From assembly GCA_031426555.1 (NCBI GenBank), contig JANPLN010000060.1, positions 1-10,000 on the forward strand: DNA of 10,000 bases, written 5' to 3'. Of this stretch, positions 7,958 to 10,000 are shown piece after piece (within the stretch, counting starts at the first letter, position 1; every line of letters begins with the position of its first letter). The position numbers and the translations under genes were made by a program. The notes below the pieces were generated by a model that did no database searches, was not told the origin of the DNA, and worked only from the letters and a program-made list of their open reading frames with translations. The stretch is from Bdellovibrionales bacterium. GTDB taxonomy: Bacteria > Bdellovibrionota > Bdellovibrionia > Bdellovibrionales > JAGQZY01.

Positions 7958-9532
7958 ATGCGCGCATATTCTATTCGGTTTATTTTGCTTCTATTTGCCG
8001 TGTTGTTGTCCCTCGCGGGTTGCGGTACCAAAATGGAATCCGACACGGGCTCAGGCGACGGCGCTGCTCTCTCATCGGTGACGACGGAACTTGGTCAACT
8101 CAACGTAGCTTCGGCAGCCTCTAAGGGAGACGATTATGAGGTGACCTTTGATTTAAAGATACCCTTTGGTCGTGTTTATCAGCCCGTTTCAAAAGCCATC
8201 AAATGGATTACGCCACTGCTTAAAAAACAATTGGCCACCGAGGGGCAAAATTATTATCCCACTGAAGTACCAGTTGGGACTGTCATTAACAGCGAATGGA
8301 AAAAAATTCTCGACATCGACGTGGATAGCTCTGAGACCTTGCAAAGCGGTTACACAGTGACCATTAACCAATTTGTGGTCCCAGTTTGGTTAGCGCGCTC
8401 GTCGCGCCAGGGAAACTACGTCGAGCAGAGTTTAGATGTTAAAAAACCGGTGACAAAAATCTCTTCGAAATCTTTTGGCGATGATATTAGCTTTCGCTGG
8501 CGCCCCGAGGGCAATTCCGTCAACATGGAAATGTGTATGAACATTCCCGGTTCAAAAATTACCGCTCCTCAGGTTGACGTTTTTGCTCGCGCCCGTAAAA
8601 AAACCTGGTATGGACATTTCTCCACATCCAGCAATTTCGAGGTAAAACCCGGAGAACTGCAGTGGGATTTGGGGCGGGGTTGTTTTTCGGCAAACTATTT
8701 TAAGCCCAATGGTGTCGCACCTGGTGTACTCACGTTTCGTGCTACACAAGCCCCCTACTTGCAGGCTGTGGTTTACAAAGGTCTGTCGATCCGCATTGGA
8801 AATTGGTTTCTACGCTTGCTCGATAATATTCTTTCGATCTTTAATGCTTCGATTAAAAAAGCCGTGATCAAAAAAGTAACTAATACTGTAAACACCATGG
8901 CCGATAAAGATGTTGAATCTGGTAAATGGTTTTCTAAAGTCTACACCGAGGAGGTTTTAAACGACCTCGGCGAAAAAGTGCATGCGCGGATTCGCAAAAC
9001 AGTGAACCGTGTGGGTGGCCTTGTAGATATGAACCATGTTCGCGCGATGATCGACGACAACTGTCGTTTAATGAAATTATCAAAAAGTCCACAGTGGACC
9101 GAAAAGCACCGCCAGTTTTGCGACGAAGTGGTCAGCACCCTTAAATTTTCCGTGTCTCGTGATTTTAGTGATGAGTCGTCGCGCCAAGCCGGCTGTTACA
9201 ATTATTTTGCAAACATTCACGAAGTGAAAGACGCGCAAGGGAAAAAGAAGTGGTGGGCCGAACAATGCCGCTTTAAAGTTCGCTTCTCAATCAAAATGTC
9301 CTCCAATGCCAAACAGTATTTTCACGAGTTACAGGACATTTTGCAAAACGAAATCGATGAACTGCGCATTCCCCAGCGCTGGGAAGCTATGCTAAAGAAA
9401 TACGACCTGGATGAGCACGCGTTAAACTATTTATTGCAAGAGCTCGAAGATCGCGGCATCAGCGAAGTAGACCTCGAGCAACTCGAGGGTCAACTCCCAG
9501 CTCTGATCGAACAAATCAAATTGAAGATGTAA
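7958..9532 (+). CDS. Uncharacterised lipoprotein (524 aa)
   Basis: Start reassigned from GTG 7940 to ATG 7958, which has the SD GGGGAGA. MRAYSIRFILLLFAVLLSLAG-C is a signal peptide II with a perfect LAGC lipobox, followed by a Gly/Ser linker. No recognised domain. Confidence 0.85.
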   Translation: MRAYSIRFILLLFAVLLSLAGCGTKMESDTGSGDGAALSSVTTELGQLNVASAASKGDDYEVTFDLKIPFGRVYQPVSKAIKWITPLLKKQLATEGQNYYPTEVPVGTVINSEWKKILDIDVDSSETLQSGYTVTINQFVVPVWLARSSRQGNYVEQSLDVKKPVTKISSKSFGDDISFRWRPEGNSVNMEMCMNIPGSKITAPQVDVFARARKKTWYGHFSTSSNFEVKPGELQWDLGRGCFSANYFKPNGVAPGVLTFRATQAPYLQAVVYKGLSIRIGNWFLRLLDNILSIFNASIKKAVIKKVTNTVNTMADKDVESGKWFSKVYTEEVLNDLGEKVHARIRKTVNRVGGLVDMNHVRAMIDDNCRLMKLSKSPQWTEKHRQFCDEVVSTLKFSVSRDFSDESSRQAGCYNYFANIHEVKDAQGKKKWWAEQCRFKVRFSIKMSSNAKQYFHELQDILQNEIDELRIPQRWEAMLKKYDLDEHALNYLLQELEDRGISEVDLEQLEGQLPALIEQIKLKM

Positions 9533-9551
9533 AAGGTACGCTGTACCTTTT
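9531..9551. repeat. Palindrome AAAAGGTAC-GCT-GTACCTTTT (REP-like element or bidirectional terminator-like hairpin)
   Basis: Perfect 9-bp arms with a 3-nt loop, overlapping the lipoprotein TAA stop, between convergent genes. Confidence 0.65.
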
Positions 9552-9617
9552 CGGGACGCACTGCTTAATCTAAAAGATGGCTGTAAGATGACTGTGAGAA
9601 AAGAGCCGATTTTTTTC

Positions 9618-10000
9618 TTACTTAAACGGAAAGCGTTGCACTTTGTATCCCATTTTTTCTAACAGCTGCAAAACATTGCCTTCGCCGGTAAAATGCCTTA
9701 CGCCTGCGAGGACAAAGAGGGGTGAGTCCTTTTGGTGGTGCTTTTCGATAACGGGTGCCCAATGGGCGTTTCGCTCGTCGAGCAAACATTTATTCAGCTC
9801 TTTGTCGTAGTTTTTTTCACGTTTTAAGATTAATTGTTCGTCACCGGTTCTGTAATCGTCCACCATAACTACAAAATCGTTGATCCAGTCGTAGGTATCG
9901 TTGTCGAGATAAAAGACGATTGAACTCACTTTCATTCTGTCCCAACACGATGGGTTCATTCGTTCGAGAGAGTCCAGTCGATAGATCGGCTTTTTTGCCT
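9618..10000 (-). CDS. TraB/GumN (TIKI-like) family protein, C-terminal part (5' truncated)
   Basis: The frame stays open to the window edge (AKKPIYRLDSLERM...). It carries the family motifs KPIxxL(E/D), LLDERNAHW, FVLAGxxH and GNVLQLLEKMGYKV. Confidence 0.85.
   Translation of the reverse strand, partial: AKKPIYRLDSLERMNPSCWDRMKVSSIVFYLDNDTYDWINDFVVMVDDYRTGDEQLILKREKNYDKELNKCLLDERNAHWAPVIEKHHQKDSPLFVLAGVRHFTGEGNVLQLLEKMGYKVQRFPFK

Noticed and set aside
9574..9595. 11-bp tandem duplication AAGATGGCTGT/AAGATGACTGT
   Set aside because: Two imperfect copies only, plausible by chance, and not an array.
1..10000. CRISPR array, tRNA/rRNA, transposase or integrase
   Set aside because: No repeat-spacer periodicity, RNA-gene signature or recombinase motif seen by eye, and the intergenic gaps are all under 200 bp.

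Overview
Bacterial chromosomal window, probably Bdellovibrionota (inferred from the SMC C-terminus and the intergenic palindromes). Left to right: the 3' part of smc (+, truncated at the window edge); a small orphan secreted protein (-); a tightly coupled four-gene ligase-associated DNA damage response operon (-, transcribed beta-CASP exonuclease > ATP-dependent DNA ligase > Lhr-core helicase > PdeM/MPE metallophosphoesterase, all joined by 4-bp overlaps); a divergent 524-aa uncharacterised lipoprotein (+); and the 3' part of a TraB/GumN protein (-, truncated). The repair operon is a known system. The most unusual signals are non-coding. A 15-bp sequence (AGGCGGCCTGGCACC) flanks the orphan gene as a direct repeat, and one copy is split by a 25-bp CGTC-type REP-like insert. 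A related stop-codon-anchored palindrome follows the lipoprotein gene. A perfect ACTGTCT-N7-AGACAGT dyad overlaps the predicted promoter of the repair operon.
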